Source of the DNA: Azolla caroliniana
Taxonomy: Eukaryota > Plantae > Polypodiophyta
DNA length: 64,000 bases
NCBI GenBank assembly: GCA_043228905.1
Contig: JBHGNT010000022.1
Span: forward strand, 9,300,001 to 9,364,000
Direction of reading: 5' to 3'
Below the pieces are notes generated by a model that worked only from the letters and a program-made list of their open reading frames with translations, did not search any database and was not told the DNA's origin. Shown here piece by piece: positions 61,127-64,000 of this stretch; the stretch's first letter is position 1; each line of letters starts with the position of its first letter. A program made the translations under genes and the position numbers.

Positions 61127-64000
61127 TGTAATATAATATATATATTTTTTATTTGCCTCTACATATAATGTATAATATTATCATAGTGTGTTTTTTAATA
61201 TTACCTTTATAAAACATTATCAACATATATTTTATTTTAGTTACATATTTATCTTTTGGTAAACTTTTAATGTGAAGCTTTCGTACTTCACGACAACGTC
61301 GGACATGAACTCCATTCTACAAAATAAGATTTGGGACATGGTCAAACTACCGAAAAATCAACGTGTTCTTCCATGCAAATGGGTCTATAGAATTATAGAG
61401 ACGTCCGATTCGGCCACCCCAAATTCCAAGGCCATATTAGTTGCGAAAGGGTTTCAATAGGAATATGGTGTTGATTTCGACGAAATTTTTTCACCAGTGG
61501 TGAAAATGACAACCTTCTCTGCTTTATGCTCGGCGTCGTGGCAACCGAGAATTTGGAGCTGATTCAGCTAGATGTCAAAACGACATTCCTCCACGGTGAT
61601 CTAGAGGGGGAAATTTATATGGAGCAGCCGAAAGGCTTCGTGGCACCCGACCAAGAACATCTAGTCTACCGACTCAGGAAGAGTCTTTATGGCCTGAAAT
61701 AGGCACCGCGATAGTGGTGTAAGAAGTTTGACGACTTCATCCAGTCGGTCGGTTTCTCTAAGAGCAATGAGGACCACTGCCTCTTCACCAAAACATCTAG
61801 AGATGGGGTCTCCCATCTTCCTCATCATCTACGTGGACGACATGCTACTCTCCGGTCGGCAAGCCGAAGAGCTCGCCGAACTTGTTCGGCAACTGCAGTT
61901 GAAGTTTTCCATGAAGGACCTCAGTCTGACAAGACACATTCTCAGCATGAAGATTAGTTGGAATCGAAATCAAAGACAATTGTTTCTGTCCCAATTTGTC
62001 TATATTAGATGTGTCCTCGAACGCTTCAACATGCAATCGGCAAAATCTGCTTCGACTCTGCTCCCCATTAGCCTTTGGTTGTCTTAGTGAGACTACCTGA
62101 CATCCGGTTCAGAGGGGGAAACTATGAAGTTGGTACTCTATGCACCGATAGTCGGCTCCCTGATGTATGCGATGGTTGCGACACGGCCTGACATTGCTCA
62201 CGCCGTAGGAGTCGTTAGAAGATTCATGCACAACCTTGGCCGATCGCAGTGGAACACAGTAAAGCATATGTTCAGATATCTGGTGGGCACAAAAGACGTT
62301 GGCATTCTATTTGGCCCGAACGACACCTTAGGCTTAGTCGGCTATACCGACGTGGACTGTGCTGGATGTGTGGACAATCGAAAATCAACAATCGGATACC
62401 GCTTTAATTTCGGCAATGGAGCAATCTCGTGGAAATCGAAACTTCAGGAGTGCACTACCACATCAACGACCGAGCAAGAATACGTAGCTGCGTCCAATGC
62501 GGCGAAAGAGGCCTTATGGCTCGAACGGTTGGCTTGCACGTTTCGACAAGTCGAATTCACCTCGGCTCCAGTTATCTACAGTGACAGTCAGGGTGTTGTC
62601 ACTCTATCGAAAAAGCTGGTTCAACACAACGCCTCGAAACACATCGACGTTCGATATCACTTTGTCGAAACTGCATCCTTTCAGGGAAAATCAGCCTCGA
62701 GAAGATACCTACAACCAATATTGTCGTAGATGGAATGACCAAGTGTGTTTCGGCACCAGATGGGATAACTAAGAACCAGTCTGATTAAATCGGATACTCA
62801 GGACGTTTTTTGAACAATCGAGTTCGACAGCTTGAAGCTTGGTCTTAGTTTTTCCCAATCTTGGCCAGTTCGGCCTTTAGTTTTTCGAAGTTTACTGACT
62901 CGAACGAAATTTTGATTTGTTCGCAAACTTACGGGGGAGTGTTGAATGAGGGTCTCTAATGGACGTATTCACATTGTCTCCTTTTGGACACACTAGGTTT
63001 AGGCTATTTGTGTAAATAATGAGAAGGGTAGTTGCCCTAAGTTAATCAGTATATAAATTGACTTTCTAACCTAGTTTTGCTGTTGTTGCAAATATAGTTC
63101 ATCTTGTGCCTAACGTCTCTCTTTCTTCCATTCTTGTTGATCTTCATTCTTGATTCTGTCTCTAATTGCCATCAATCTTCTTCATTGCATCTATTAACGA
63201 TCTCCTCACAAAAGAGCGCTGAGATTGTGCCGCACCTAGACGCTCGCGTTCTCAACAAATGGCACGTGCTTGGACAACTCCGTGATATTGCCACCATTTG
63301 GAAATCTTGATCAAGGTAGAATTAAGGAAATTTTATATTTGTAAAACATACGAATCTAATAGGATTGACCCAAGAGTATTTCCTTGAATCCCCTCCGCGT
63401 GGGAGGGTACCATGATGTGGTCATTATTATGAGCTATAAACATATACATAATGGGCAAACATTAATCGATGTCATGATCTCCCTTTAGTACCCTTCTATA
63501 TGTTTCAATATCAAGTAACTATGGTAACTAAAAGGTGTTTTAAAAACAATAGGGGTGACAAATGGATATATTTCCCTTATCTCTATATTCCTTTTTCTTA
63601 TGGCAGCTCCTGGAGGCTCAACCATGGTTTTTCACTTGATGGATAGTTTATACATGAAAAATATTATAAATAAATTAAGGCATTGTGCCCACCCATGTGG
63701 TTTTGGCTCTTTATATCCTATAACGAGGACCCCGAAGTGAACTAGTGTTATTCCTTTACATTAGCTTGTTTTTTCCAACCATTGTTGTGCTGATATCTAG
63801 TAATTTTTCTGGAAGTTTTTACTGGTGATGTTTCTTTAGCCTTGAAATAATGCCAAGAAGTTAAATTGCTTACTTAGTGATGTATCTCTTAGTCTCCTCT
63901 TCCACATTTTCGTAACATCTCGCTTTGTGATTGGTTGCTTTAATGTTTCTAAAAGAGTTTATGCTTTACCTTTTTTTATTCTCCATTGCTTCGATTTCTT

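Larger units (their letters stand above)
60171..61295 (-). mobile_element. Gypsy solo LTR (TGYCGTG..TCACGACA lineage) containing three tRNA-like modules
   Basis: Interrupts copia WHLAMA|SDMNS; 4-bp TSD gcgt/acgt; minus-strand TATA at ~60721-60727. Confidence 0.85.
59400..63257 (+). mobile_element. 5'-truncated copia (IN, RT, RNase H, 3' LTR 62940-63257) with solo-LTR insertion
   Basis: Longer duplicate of 10298-12054; QLDVKTTFLHG, IYVDDML; PPT gggggag. Confidence 0.9.
48097..64000 (+). repeat. Segmental duplication copy 2 (runs off window end)
   Basis: Colinear with 3793-12797; carries an extra 4.7-kb gypsy insertion and two segments deleted from copy 1. Confidence 0.96.

Overview
Eukaryotic, gene-free heterochromatin made almost entirely of nested, decayed LTR retrotransposons. 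The element mix (Tcn1-like chromovirus, a fungal-type 'PQGATNS/FLDDIPIKG' gypsy, Tnt1/Tork-like and possibly Bryco-like copia, TTTAGGG repeats) suggests a moss or other seedless land plant (inference). Four structurally complete insertions with target-site duplications (TSDs) are resolvable: copia 17431-22691, copia 24361-35409, chromoviral gypsy 29422-35140 and gypsy 54210-58951. There are also several solo or partial LTRs and truncated hosts, and a recent segmental duplication (3793-12797 vs 48097-64000). Most notable: LTRs of at least two unrelated gypsy lineages carry a tRNA-derived A-box/B-box (Pol III promoter-like) module, antisense and about 150-190 bp upstream of the LTR TATA box (9 tRNA-like copies in the window). 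Also seen: a CpG-centred (RCGY) 4-bp target preference and a PPT-enclosing hairpin in one lineage, and tandem heat-shock elements in the other. No host protein-coding gene or intact tRNA gene can be supported. Coordinates were read by eye and may be off by a few bases.
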